Below are positions 40,259 to 52,873 of a stretch of DNA of 64,000 nt, one piece after another. The translations under genes and the position numbers were made by a program. This DNA is from Tubulanus polymorphus (taxonomy: Eukaryota > Animalia > Nemertea), in the NCBI RefSeq assembly GCF_964204645.1, contig NC_134031.1, positions 11,782,088 through 11,846,087 of the forward strand. The letters run 5' to 3'. Numbering within the stretch: position 1 is the stretch's first letter; each line of letters opens with the position of its first letter. Below the pieces are notes generated by a model. That model searched no databases. It was not told the origin of the DNA and was given only the letters and a program-made list of their open reading frames with translations.

Positions 40259-41297
40259 TAAATCGCGATCACAAGCTCATGCGGTCGGATGGACAGATGG
40301 AGGCGGAAACCAAGTCAAAAAATATAGCTGCAAAGCAGCGATAACGGGTTTTCTGCACAGTCTTTGAATCCTGTTCAATGGTTAATACAGTTTTATAAGA
40401 GGAAGCTCGACAAACAGTCAATTAGACCTTCTTGAAACCATGGACAACTGAACCAGATGTCCTATTTGACTCTGGAAAATCGACTGTTAGGCGATAATTA
40501 CTCTTTATGATTTCGACAAAGCATTTAATAAGGTACAACATCAGCCATTACTAAACAAGGCTATTAGGAAACAGTATCAATGATTGCCGAAATGGCTCAG
40601 CATTATCTCTGAACGAAAACTTGTAGCTGAAATCAACGGAACGCTTCATCTTCATCTTCAAGTCGGTCTAACTAGTCGAGTCAAGCAAGGTAGTATCCTA
40701 AGTCGTCTTCTGTTTAATGTCCTGACAAATGACATACACAGTAATCCAAAATATACTAGACCAAGTAAATTTCCAAAACGACCTTAACACGCTGTTCGAC
40801 CAAAAAACTTAATGATCCGACAAGAAAATCTTGTACGCTTTTTGTTTGAACCAAAACTTTTCTTCATTCTGAAAGCTATGTTATTGTTGAAATGAAAAAC
40901 TTTTTGTCCCGGCAAAAAAATTTGGTTGAGCATAAACAATTTTTTCGAACGAATGTTTGAATGAAAACAATTCTGTTCAAAATACTTAATACTTTGGGTT
41001 CGGAGAAAAAACTTTTTACAATATACTTGTTCGAACAAAAAACTTAATGTTCTGAAAAGAAAATTCTGATCAAATTCAAACGATTCTGTTCAATCGAACA
41101 ATTGTTCGAACAAAAAACCTTTCGTTTGGACAAAAAAAGTTTGTTCAACTTTGTTCTAACGTTTTTTTTCGAATTGGTTCAATCGAACAGAATATTATTG
41201 GTTGGTACGAAACAAATTTTGTTCCGACAAAAGAATTTTCAAGCGAAAGGTCTTTTGAACGAAAAAAAAGATATTTCTGGGGCTCCGCAGTAACTTA

Positions 41298-41625
41298 AAG
41301 CCAAACGTAGGTCAGCCTTGTGACGCGATGCGATCCTCGCGTTGCATCGCAAGTTTCGGTGCAAGTCGGTTGCGATACGATTGTCAGCGACTGTATGCGA
41401 CTAGTTTCTGCCAGTCGCAAGAGCGGGTCGGTTGGTTGTGACAGTCGTGTCGTATCGCAGAAAGTAGAACACGTGCGACTCCTTGTGACTGGCGTTGCTG
41501 AAAGTCGCAACCCGTCGCAAGGGAGCGTAGGTCGATGAGTCGTTGCGACACAATCGACGCTGGCGGTCGCAGTGATAGGCGTCGCAGTGAATCACAAGCC
41601 GTCGCAAGGCCGACCTACGCCCTGC
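41298..41625. mobile_element. GC-rich MITE (Harbinger-like)
   Basis: Inverted repeat CGTAGGTCAGCCTTGTGAC / GTCGCAAGGCCGACCTACG; many TGCGAC/GTCGCA motifs inside. Confidence 0.6.
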
Positions 41626-43671
41626 AATAAATCATAAGAAATTAATGATATACCAGTTTCATTTATGATGAAAAAACTCAAATGAAAAGTCTGGCTTATA
41701 AAGCTGTCTGCTCAGACGAAATTTTCAAAAAAATCTTCATTTTTGGCAATAAAATTGATAATTGTGATTGATCGTTGCAAGTCACAACCAGTTAATCACT
41801 AATTAACATGCATTTTAATAAATCTTGATTCCTCCTTTACAGTGAACTTAGCTTTAACCTAGTAGAGGCTACAAGCCTTTGTAGGCCTATGTATATGCGT
41901 AGGTCTAAAATCTGGACAGATTGGTCCACCTAAATATCGTAAATTTTATTTTGAAGTTCAATCCAATATGTCCGTTAATAAACGCAACAATTATACTGTG
42001 TTTGTTTAGTAAAGCTCAGTACCGGTAGGCCTAAAGCCGCGTAAAACTCGATAAACACTTCAAGCGACACAGCGAACGATCTCCTTTCCCCCACAGCGAA
42101 TGCTTACTCCGAATGTCAAGTGTGAGTCCAGCATACGGAAAGGAGTGTGTTATATACTTGTATTTAGTAAATACCTTGTGCATTTGACAATGATCGGTAT
42201 GTACTGTAGGAAATATAGAGTATTGATGGTATTGATATAGAGGTTGAAGCCTGCGGCCGAATAAAGTAATACATTTTTTTATTTTGATACCTCGTCGACA
42301 TAACAGCTTTTCTCCGCTATATCTCTTCGGCGTGTTTAGTTTAGGCCTACGATTCCCCGGTACACTAAAGATTTATCATAGTAAATACACAGTTAATTCG
42401 GTAAAGAAAAATAGGTATTGTTAAACTAACTCCTTGAAACCCGCAGCCAAATCACTGGTAGTAATAAATTAATTTGTACTCTATTTGATTCTCATGATGA
42501 GGAGAAACTCGCAGCTGATCCCCGGAACGTCGATGTAGTAACACAAGTCGATTCGTCGATGTTTACGGCTCGACAGTGCTTTTAAAATCTAAAATAGTAA
42601 ATTTCCAGTGTATCGGTAATATGATTTGATGAGGAAAATGGGCTATTGTTAGAATCACTGTTTGAAGACCGCGACTGAATGTGAAGTCTGCGGCAATAAA
42701 TTAGTTCATTTATACTTGAATTGATAATCGAAGTGACAGTCCGCCTGCGGGTTGATTTCGGGATGACGCCTCGAAAAACATGTCGCCCCATTCAAATTTG
42801 AATGGGGCTAAATTTTCGATGTTTACGGCCCGACAGCGCTTTTGTAACGATGATTCGTGAAAAAACACGCGGGCTATTTGTAGATCTCAGTGAGCTGAAC
42901 GATATTATATGGATTGTATATGAAACAGCGGTAAGGTAACAAAGCCTATGTTCTTTTGGTAAAAATAGTGTGGAAGAAAATAATAATAGTAAATATAGCT
43001 GCAAAGCAGCGATAACGGGTTTTCTGCACAGTCTTAGAATCCTGTTCAACGGTGGATTTCGACAAAGCATTTGATAAGGCTCAACATCGGCCATTACTAA
43101 AGAGGCTATTAGGAAACAGTATCAATGATAGGTCGTTTAAATGGCTCAGCAGTTATCTCTGAACGGAAACTTGTAACCGAAATCAACGGAACGCCTCCTC
43201 TTGGAATGAGACGGTCTAACTAGTGGAGTCACGCAAGGTAGTATCCTAAGTCGTCTTCTGTTTAATGTCCTGACAAATGACATACACAGTAATCCAAAAT
43301 ATACCAGACCGAGTAAATTTCCAAAACGACCTTAACACACTGTTCGACCAAAAAACTTAATGTTCCGACAAAACCACGGGGACAAAACCAAAATTATGAA
43401 TTGTCGCGGGTGACAAAACCAAAATATTGAATTGTCACGGGCGACAAAACAAAAATAATGAATTGTTGCGGGCGATAAAACCAAAATAATGAATTGTCGC
43501 GGGCGATAAAACCACAATAATAAATTGTCGCGGGCGTTAAAACCAAAATATTGAATTGTCGCGGCGATAAAACCAAAATAATGAATTGTCGCGGACGACA
43601 AAAACAAAATATTGAATTGTTGCGTGCGACAAAACCAGAATAATGAATTGTCGCGGGAGACAAAACCAAAC

Positions 43672-45071
43672 TAGGGGTCCAGGGACACCATGCTCACTTG
43701 GGAAGTGTTTCAAATGCTCAACAATCTAACAATTTCAATACATAACGCCCTCTAGTGACCATATACAAAAACCAATGACCTTGAAACCCACCACAATCAT
43801 AGAACATTTGAGCAGCTATGATTTTGTAATTGATTGTGATGACAAAAAATGCCTCGTTACCAATTTAATATGGAAATACTAAGTTATTCTACTATTCAAC
43901 GCCCCTGGTGACCATATGCAAAATCCAATGACCTTAAAACTCACCACAATCGTAGTACATGTCATGAAATACAGCTTTGCAATTGATCATAGTAACAAAA
44001 TATGCCTAGGTACCAATCTAATAAGGAAATACTAAGCCATTCTACTATTCAACGCCCCCTGGTGACTATATGGAATAACTAATGTCCTTAAAAACTCACC
44101 ACAATCATAGATGATGTCATGATCTACAACTTTGCAATGGATCATGGTAACAAAATATGCCTAGGTACCAATCTAATAAGGAAATACTAAGCCATTCTAC
44201 TATTCAACGCCCCCTGGTGACTATATGGAATAACTAATGTACTTAAAAACTCACCACAATCATAGACGATGTCATGAACTACAACTTCGCAATTGATCAT
44301 GGTAACAAAATATGCCTTGGTACAAATATAATATAGCAATACTAAGTTATTGTATTATTCAACGCCCCCTGATGGCCACATACTAAAACCAAAGACCTTG
44401 AAACTCACCAAAATCATAGAACACGTTATGGGCTACATCTTTCCAATTGAATATAGTAACACAATATGCTTAGGTATCAATTTAATGTGGAAAAACTTTT
44501 TCCCACCTACGAATGAGTACTGATGACACCAAGATGGCCGTCAATTGCGTCATAATAGGCTGATCAAAAATACCTGTCCCAGGTATAAAAAATCCCTCTC
44601 TAAAGAATACCCATCAGCAATTGCAATGAGAAATGGCAAACCAGTAGGAAGCTACAGGACCTAGAATTCTGGCCAAAATTTACATTTTTGGGCACTAAAA
44701 AGGTCATAGGACGGCTATCTTGAGTCAGATCGACCCAATTTTATTATGCTGATGGGCCTTTGGTAGATTCAAATATAAACGAAAGATCAAGGTAATTGAT
44801 CGAAGCGTCTTCAAAATTTTCGAAAATGTTTAAAAAGTGCTGATTTTGGCAAACAACAATGGCTGCCAGTCGGCCATCTTGAATCTGACAGGGCCAGTTT
44901 TTGGGCTGACGATGTGTCTAGGGTAGATACATGTATAAACCAAATATCAAGACATTACCTTGAAGCGTCTTCAAAACTTCCCAAAATAACTGGATTCCGT
45001 CTATGGACGGACGGAGGGACGAAAAGTGAACACAATAGCCCGCTGGGACTAAAGCCCCAAGTGGACTGAAA
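43672..45071 (-). mobile_element. HINE family 1, full-length (five ~155-bp internal monomers)
   Basis: 5' TTTTTCAGTCCACTTGGG..CCCAG hairpin and (GTCC)n; 3' CAAGTGAGC + GTCCCTGGACCCCTAG; inserted in a T run of the satellite. Confidence 0.85.
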
Positions 45072-46203
45072 AAGAATTGTCACGGGCGACAATACCAAAC
45101 TAATGAATTGTCGCGGGTGATAAAACCAAAATATTGAATTGTCGCGGGCGACAAAACCAAACTAATGAATTGTCGCGGGCGATAAAACCAAACTAATGAA
45201 TTGTCGCGGGCGATAAAACCAAAATATTGAATTGTCGCGGGCAATAAAACCAAAATAATGAATTGTCATGTGCGATAAAACCAAAATAATGAATTGTCGC
45301 GGGCGACAAAACCAAAATAATGAATTGTCGTGGGCGATAAAACCAAAATAATGAATTGTCTCGGGCGACAAAACCAAAATAATGAATTGTCGCAGACGAT
45401 AAAAACAAAATATTGAATTGTCGCGGGCGATAAAACCAAAATAATGAATTGTCGCGGGCGACAAAACCAAAAAGAAGAATTGTCGTGGGCGACAAAACCA
45501 AAATAATGAATTGTCGCTGGAGATAAAACCAAAGTAATGAATTGTCGTGGGCGATAAAACCAAAATATTGATTGTCGCGGGCGACAAAACCAAACTAATG
45601 AATTGTCGTGGGCGACAAAACCAAAAAAAGAATTGTCGGGGCGACAAAACCAAAATAATGAATTGTCGCGGACGACAAAACCAAAATGGTGAATTGTCCA
45701 GGCGACAAAACCAAAATAATGAATTGTCGCCGGCGATAAAACCAAAATAATGAATTGTCGCGGGCGACAAAACCAAAATATTGAATTGTCTCGGGCGACA
45801 AAACCAAACTACTGAATTGTCGCAGGCGACAAAACCAAAAAAAGAATTGTCGAGGCGACAAAACCAAAGTAATGAATTGTCGTGGGCGATAAAACCGAAA
45901 TATTGATTGTCGCAGGCGACAAAACCAAAGTAATGAATTGTCGCGGCGACAAAACCAAAAAAAGAATTGTCGGGGCGACAAAACCAAAATAATGAATTGT
46001 CGCAGCAGAAAAACAAAAATCTTGAATTGTCCAGGCGACAAAACCAAACTAATGAATTGTTGCGGGCGATAAAACCAAAATAATGAATTGTCGCGGGCGA
46101 TAAAACCAAAATAATGAATTGTCGCGGGCGATAAAACCAAAATAATGAATTATCGCGGGCGATAAAACCAAAATAATGAATTGTCGCGGGCGACGAAACC
46201 AAA

Positions 46204-47453
46204 CTAGGGGTCCAGGGACACCATGCTCACTTAAGAAGTGGTTTCAAATGCTCAACAATCTAACAATTTCAATACATAACGCCCTCTAGTGACCATATAC
46301 AAAAACCAATGACCTTGAAACCCACCACAATCATAGAACATGTGAGCAGCTATGATTTTGTAATCGATTGTGATAACAAAATATGCCTCGTTACCAATTT
46401 AATATGGAAATACTAAATTATTCTACTGTTCAACGCCCCCTGGTGACCATATGCAAAACCCAATGACCTTAAAACTCACCCCAATCGTAGTACATGAAAT
46501 ACAACTTTGCAATTGATCATAGTAACAAAATATGCCTAGGTACCAATCTAATAAGGAAATGCTAAGCCATTCTACTATTCAACGCCCCCTGGTGACTATA
46601 TGGAATAACTAATGTCCTTAAAAACTCACCACAATCATAGACGATGTCATGAACTACAACTTTGCAATTGATCATGGTAACAAAATATGCCTTGGTACCA
46701 ATATAGCAATACTAAGTTATTGTATTATTCAACGCCCCCTGATGGCCACATATAAAAACCAATGACCTTGAAACTCACCAAAATCATAGAACACGTTATG
46801 GGCTACAACTTTCCAATTGAATATAGTAACACAATATGCTTAGGTATCAATTTAATGTGGAAAAACTTTTTCCCACCTACGAATGAGTACTGATGACACC
46901 AAGATGGCCGCCAATTGCCTCATAATTGGCTGATCAAAGATACCTGTCCCAGGTATAAAACATCCCTCTCTAAAGAATACCCATCAGCAATTGCAATGAG
47001 AAATGGCAAACCAGTAGGAAGCTACGTGACCTAGAATTCTGGCCAAAATTGACATTTTTGGGCACTAAAAAGGTCATAGGACGGCCATCTTGAGTCAGAT
47101 CGACCCAATTTTCTTATGCTGATGGGCTTTTGGTAGATTCAAATATAAACGAAAGATCAAGGTAATTGATCAAAGCGTCTTCAAAATTTCCCACGAAAAC
47201 TTCGAAAATGTTTAAAAATTGCTGATTTTGGCAAACAACAATGGCTGCCAGTCGGCCATCTTGAATCTGACAGGGCCAGTTTTTGGGCTGACGATGTGTC
47301 TAGGGTAGATACATGGATAAACCAAATATCAAGACATTACCATGAAGCGTCTTCAAAACTTCCCGAAATAACTGGATTCCGTCTATGGACGGACGGACGG
47401 ACGAAAAGTGAACGCAATAGCCCGCTGGGACTAAAGTCCCAAGTGGACTGAAA
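46204..47453 (-). mobile_element. HINE family 1, full-length (four internal monomers), near-identical to 43672-45071
   Basis: Same termini and same insertion position in the satellite unit (AACCAAA|CTAGGGG). Confidence 0.85.
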
Positions 47454-50400
47454 AATAATTGTCGCGGGCGACAAAACCAAACTAATGAATTGTCGCTGGC
47501 GATAAAACAAAAATATTGAATTGTCGCGGGCGATAAAACCAAACTAATGAATTGTCGCTGGCGATAACACAAAAATATTGAATTGTCGCGGGCAATAAAA
47601 CCAAAATAATGAATCGTCTCGGGCGACAAAAACAAAATATTGAATCGTCGCGGGCGTCAAAATCAAAATAATGAATTGTCGCGGGCGACAAAACCAAAAT
47701 AATGAATTGTCGCGGGCGATAAAACCAAAATAATGAATGGTCTCGGGCGACATAACCAAAATAATGAATTGTCGCGTGCGATAAAACCAAAATATTGAAT
47801 TGTCGCGGGCGACAAAACCAAAAAAAAAATTGGCACGGGCGATAATAACAAAATATAAAACCAAAATAATGAATTGTCGTGGGCGATAAAACCAAAATAT
47901 TGAATTGTCGCGGGCGATAAAACCAAAATAATGAATTGTCGCGGGCGATAAAACCAAAATAATGAATTATCGCGGGCGATAAAACCAAAATATTGAATTG
48001 TCGCGGGCGATTAAACCAAAATAATGAATTGTCTCGGGCGACAAAACCAAAATAATGAATTGTCGCGGGCGATAAAACCAAAATAATGAATTGCCGCCGG
48101 CGATAAAACCAACATATTGAATTGTCGCGGGCGATAAAACAAAATTAATGAATAATCGCGGGCGACGAAACCAAAATATTGAATTGTCGCGGGCGACTAA
48201 ACCAAAATATTGAATTGTTGCGGGCGACAAAACCAAAAAAGAAAATTGTCGCGGGCGACAAAACAAAAATAATGAATTGTCGCGGGCTATAAATCAAAAT
48301 TAATGAATTGTCGCGGGCGATAAAACCAAAATAATGAATTGTCGTGGGCGACAAAACCAAAATGGTTAATTGTCGCGGGCGACAAAACCAAAATGGTGAA
48401 TTGTCGCGGGCGACAAAACCAAAATGGTGAATTGTCGCGAGCGACAAAACTAAAATAATGAATTGTCGCGGGCGATAAAACCGTAATAATGAATTGTCGC
48501 GGGCGATAAAACCAAAATAATGAATTGTCTCAGGCGACAAAACAAAAATAATGAATTGCCGCCGGCGATAAAACCAACATATTGAATTGTCGCGGGCGAT
48601 AAAACAAAAATATTGAATTGTCGCAGGCGATAAAACCAAAAAAGAAAATTGTCGCGGGCGACAAAAACAAAATATAAAACCAAAATAATGAATTGTCGCG
48701 GGTGACAAAACCAAAATAATGAATTGTCGGTGGCGATAAAACCAAAGTAATGAATTGTCGCGGGCGATAAAACCAAAATATTGAATTTTCGTGGGCGACA
48801 AAACCAAAATATTGAATTGTCGAGGGCGACAAAACCAAACTAATGAATTGTCGCGGGCGACAAAACCAAACTTATGAATTGTCGCGGGCGATAAAACCAA
48901 ACTAATGAATTGTCGCGGGCGATAAAACCAAAATAATGAATTGTCTCGGGTGACAAAAACAAGATATTGAATCGTCGCGGGCGACAAAATCAAAATAATG
49001 AATTGTCGCGGGTGACAAAACCAACATATTGAATCGACGCGGGCGATAAAACCAAAATAATGAATGGTCTCGGGCGACAAAACCAAAATAATGAATTGTC
49101 GCGGGCGATAAAAACAAAATATTGAATTGTCCCGGGCGATTAAACCAAATTAATGAATTATCGCGGTCGATAAAACCAAAATATTGAATTGTCGCGGGCG
49201 ATAAAACCAAAATAATGAATTATCGCGGGCGATAAAACCAGAATATTGAATTGTCGCGGGCGATAAAACCAAAATAATGAATTGTCGCGGGCGACAAAAC
49301 CAAAATATTGAATTGTCGCGGGCGATAAAAACAAAATATTGAATTGTCCCGGGCGATAAAACCAAATTAATGAATTATCGCGGGCGATTAAACCAAAATA
49401 TTGAATTGTCGCGGGCGATAAAACCAAAATAATGAATTGTCGCGGGCGACAAAACCAAAATATTGAATTGTCGCGGAATGATGCAATCGTGAGTTGAAAT
49501 AATACCTGAACAAATCGATGCACAGACATTTACTTTATATATCTACTTGAACAATCGAGCCTACTCAGTAATATACTCAGTTTTTACGAAACCTGGAGTT
49601 TTTGTTTCAGAGAAATTTGAGTATCAGTATCCGATGCTATATACTAACGTTAACGTTAGTTATCATCGCTCCGTCATGCAAAGTTATACATTTCATGTCA
49701 ACCAGTATCTAAAGGCAGCTGTACAGTGTGTACACACTATATCTGAATACGAGGCTGGAATAACAGGCTCACTTCACGTAGGTTCATGATGAGGAGAAAC
49801 TCGCAGCTGATCCCCGGAACGACGATGGAGTAACACACGTCGAATCGTCGATGTTTACGGCTCGACAGTGCTTTTAAAATCTAAAGTAGTAAATGTCCAG
49901 TGTATCGGTAATATGATTTGTTGAGGAAAATGGGCTATTGTTAAAATCACTGTTTGAAGACCGCGACTGAATGTGAAGTCTGCGGCAATAAATTAGTTCA
50001 TTTATACTTGAATTGATAATCGAAGTGACAGTCGGCCTGCGGGTTGATTTCGGGATGACGACTCGAAAAACATATCGCCCCATTGAATGGGGCTAAATTT
50101 TCGATGTTTACGGCCCGACAGCGCTTTTGTAACGATGATTCGTGAAAAAACACGCGGGCTATTTGTAGATCTCAGTGAGCTGAACGATATTATATGGATT
50201 GTATATGAAACAGCGGTTAGGTAACAAAGCCTATGTTCTTTTGGTAAAAATAGTGTGGAAGAAAATAATAATAATAATAATCACGCGGATATCAATAGGG
50301 TTTTCTGTGAAATAACAGAAAACCCTAATAATCACGCGGATATCAATAGGGTTTTCTGTGAAATAACAGAAAACCCTAATTACGACGATCACGGGAAACC

Positions 50401-50558
50401 ATAACCTAGATACATGTACGACGGAACATCTGAACTATTCAAGATTCAAGTTATTGTAAAAAATTAGCTTATTTTGCAAAAAAAATAAAACATTTTATTT
50501 TATATAGAGTGTTACCTCTCCATCTCACGGTTCTTTGTCTTCAAAGCTTTGATTATTA

Positions 50559-51123
50559 CTGTAAAAACCGGTGTATAAGTCGAGTTTTTAACCCTTGATT
50601 TTACCACTAAATCATTGAACTCGACTTATACGCCGAGTACAGTTTTCTACAGAGTATTTTCAGGTCACAAGAAATATTGATTCTACCAGACAAAAAAGAC
50701 AGCGTTCATCTTCTCACTGCTATAACATTTTCAATAATTATTCATGATAAATAAAGCTATTTAATGAAAAAAACTTCATTCATTTTGACACAGCTTCATT
50801 TAAAACGATGTATTCATATATGCGGGCTCATAGCAGCGCTTAATTCATTAGGCTATATATAGGCTATATATAGAGTGTGACTCACACTACTGCATCACTG
50901 TATGGTAGTGTATTATACCTGAGTGTGTGTGTAACAGTCTATTGATTAACACACAGCAGCAATCAGGCTGACGCGCGGTGGTGTGCGTGAAGGCACACAT
51001 CGATATCAAAACAAAAGAAGGGACTCGACTATAAGCCGGATATATGTTAAAATCATGAAATGTAGGTCTAAAAATCGACCTCGACTTATACGCCGCGTAG
51101 ACTTATACGCCGGTTTTTAACGG
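50559..51123. mobile_element. Tc1/mariner-pogo-type MITE
   Basis: TA|CTGTAAAAACCGGTGTATAAGT...ACTTATACGCCGGTTTTTAACGG|TA. Confidence 0.85.
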
Positions 51124-51608
51124 TACCCCCCTCCACACCAATTTCAAATGCAAAGTTCACTGTTGTCACAGGATTGACTGGTAAGATTAACAATGCCAGA
51201 CTTAATATCTCTATGAGATCTTCCTGATCAATTACTTATTGGGACCAGGTCAGCAGCCACTTCTTTGAAAGCACATTTCGCTTTCTTTCTTTTGCTTCTC
51301 AGATTATCATGTCGGTGAGCTTCTGGGCCATTGGCTTTTTAAAACAGATATTTTTGCGATCAGATTTTTGCGAAAAAGCTCATACAAATTTCAACAAGGC
51401 CCTTTCAAAACTCAGCTTCATAGAGGTTGGAGAATGGAAAATGCTCTAATGAATGATTTGTATCAATATATGCTCAGTTGCACAGTCAAAGAGCCTTTAC
51501 TCTAGAAACCATGTCATTTAAATTCGCTCCGTTTGTATAGTAATAGGCTCAGCCTACGGGTGGCCTAAAAATGGTAACGCTTTAGCAAGCTACAGGTCTT
51601 GGAATTTA

Positions 51609-51889
51609 AGGCTGGCTCCTAAATCTGTTTAACATAGGCGGGCTCGCGACTGCAACCCCACCCCTACCGCCTCGCGCAGGCCGTATCCGGCTAAATGCCC
51701 ATGCTCCACTCGGGAATATTGTAGGCTGACAGTTGCTTTCAATCACTTTTCAAGCAGGAAAGCAAATGGGAGGATCTCATACCCCGCTAGTCGGCCTAAA
51801 ATGCTGGGAATTAATTGGAACGTCAACATAAGCTGGGCTGTGGTCGCGCTTGCTCCGTAGGAGCATCGCTTGTCGACGTAAGCCAGCCT
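51609..51889. mobile_element. PIF/Harbinger-like MITE
   Basis: TTA|AGGCTGGCT...AGCCAGCCT|TTA. Confidence 0.75.
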
Positions 51890-52118
51890 TTAGCCTTTAG
51901 GCTAAAACTGACCTTTTTGGAATAAAAAATGTCACAGGACAGTTATCTTTGGTCTGATCCACCCAATTTTTTCGCATGCTGGTGGGCCTTTGGGAGATAC
52001 AAATAGAAGTGAAAGATCAAGATAATTGAAGGAAGCACTTTCAAAATTTCCCCCAAAAACTCTTAAAAACAAAATATCACTTTCTAGCAATATTGGCACA
52101 AGACCAACTAGACCGTTG

Positions 52119-52873
52119 GCAAAGACTCCTCTATGATTGGCTTGGAGGCAGACAAGCATATAGTACGGCTATACATCAGCAGTTAAATGACTCACCACAC
52201 CAGTGATTGTATATATCTGTGACGTAAATATACGTCATGCTTGGTGAGAGAAGGTCATTATTTGCAACGTAAATATATGTCACAAGTAGTAATGAAGAGG
52301 TTAAGATTTAAAATTGTATTTCAACATCGATTTCTGTTTTCAATATCGATTTCTGTGAAATCTTTAGTTGATTTGGTCTGTAGGAGGAATATTTTTATTT
52401 GCTCTACAGAAAATATCATTGACAATTGTGCAAAGTCCGGGGAAAAATAGCTTTTTCTCAAATCGGATGGATGACCTTGATATGCTAACTGGCTATGTGC
52501 TCAAACTGCAATTTCAATCAAATTTTATTCTGCAAAAAAATATCAAATCCAATTCAATTTTACTTTATTTAACAAGGTAAAACAGCAAATTCCAATTCAA
52601 TTTTATTTTATTGAGCTAATTTCTGAAAATTCAATACTATTCCGCATTCAAATCAATAAGACCTAGGGAAAAGATTTATCTGAGGTATTTGTTCCTGCCA
52701 GCTCCAGTCGCTGTCTGTGCTACTTATGAAAACACAATTGAATTGTGTTAGCCTGGTATTGACTAGTCTATGAGCTGGAAGTGTATTTGGACAAACTTAA
52801 CCTACAGAATGCATCATTTGTCATTTAATGAAAAGCTGACAGGCTGGCCATAGTGCCCCTTGGGGCTCTTGTT
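52119..52873 (+). mobile_element. HINE family 3, 3' half; its 5' half lies inverted at 51330-51570
   Basis: Homology to 24070-24652; standard 3' hairpin end. Confidence 0.8.

Larger units (their letters stand above)
43365..49476. repeat. 31-bp palindromic satellite AAAACCAAAATAATGAATTGTCGCGGGCGA(T/C) in three arrays (43365-43671, 45075-46203, 47455-49476)
   Basis: Direct tandem repeats with an internal palindrome TTGTCGC-GG-GCGACAA; source of the spurious repetitive ORFs. Confidence 0.95.
42994..50328 (-). mobile_element. HINE family 2, inner copy B, inserted in the (TAA)n tract of copy A
   Basis: Same 3' end and RT fragment as copy A (42994-43365). The ~490-bp segment 49784-50275 matches 42493-42987. 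It has its own 5' hairpin at 50296-50328. Confidence 0.8.
40323..50379 (-). mobile_element. HINE family 2, outer copy A
   Basis: 3' end at 40323 (CAGAAAACCCG + GCTGC-TTT-GCAGC hairpin on minus); body 40323-42990; 5' terminal hairpin TAGGGTTTTCTG..CAGAAAACCCTA displaced to 50329-50379. Confidence 0.75.

Noticed and set aside
40785-41290. IS3EU-like end (GGGGCTCCGCA) with TGTTCGAAC repeats
   Set aside because: Only one imperfect terminus and no TSD; left unclassified.
43365-49476. CRISPR-like array (31-bp palindromic repeats)
   Set aside because: The units are contiguous with no unique spacers, there are no cas genes, and the context is eukaryotic. It is a satellite.
45162-49529. Long ORFs of up to 346 aa (VLSPATIHYFGF repeats)
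   Set aside because: Artefacts of a stop-poor 31-bp repeat read in all three frames.
39798-52075. A 12-kb foldback transposon bounded by 460-bp inverted repeats
   Set aside because: The arms are composites of other TEs, there is no TSD, and the right arm lies in a local inversion shown by the split HINE-3.
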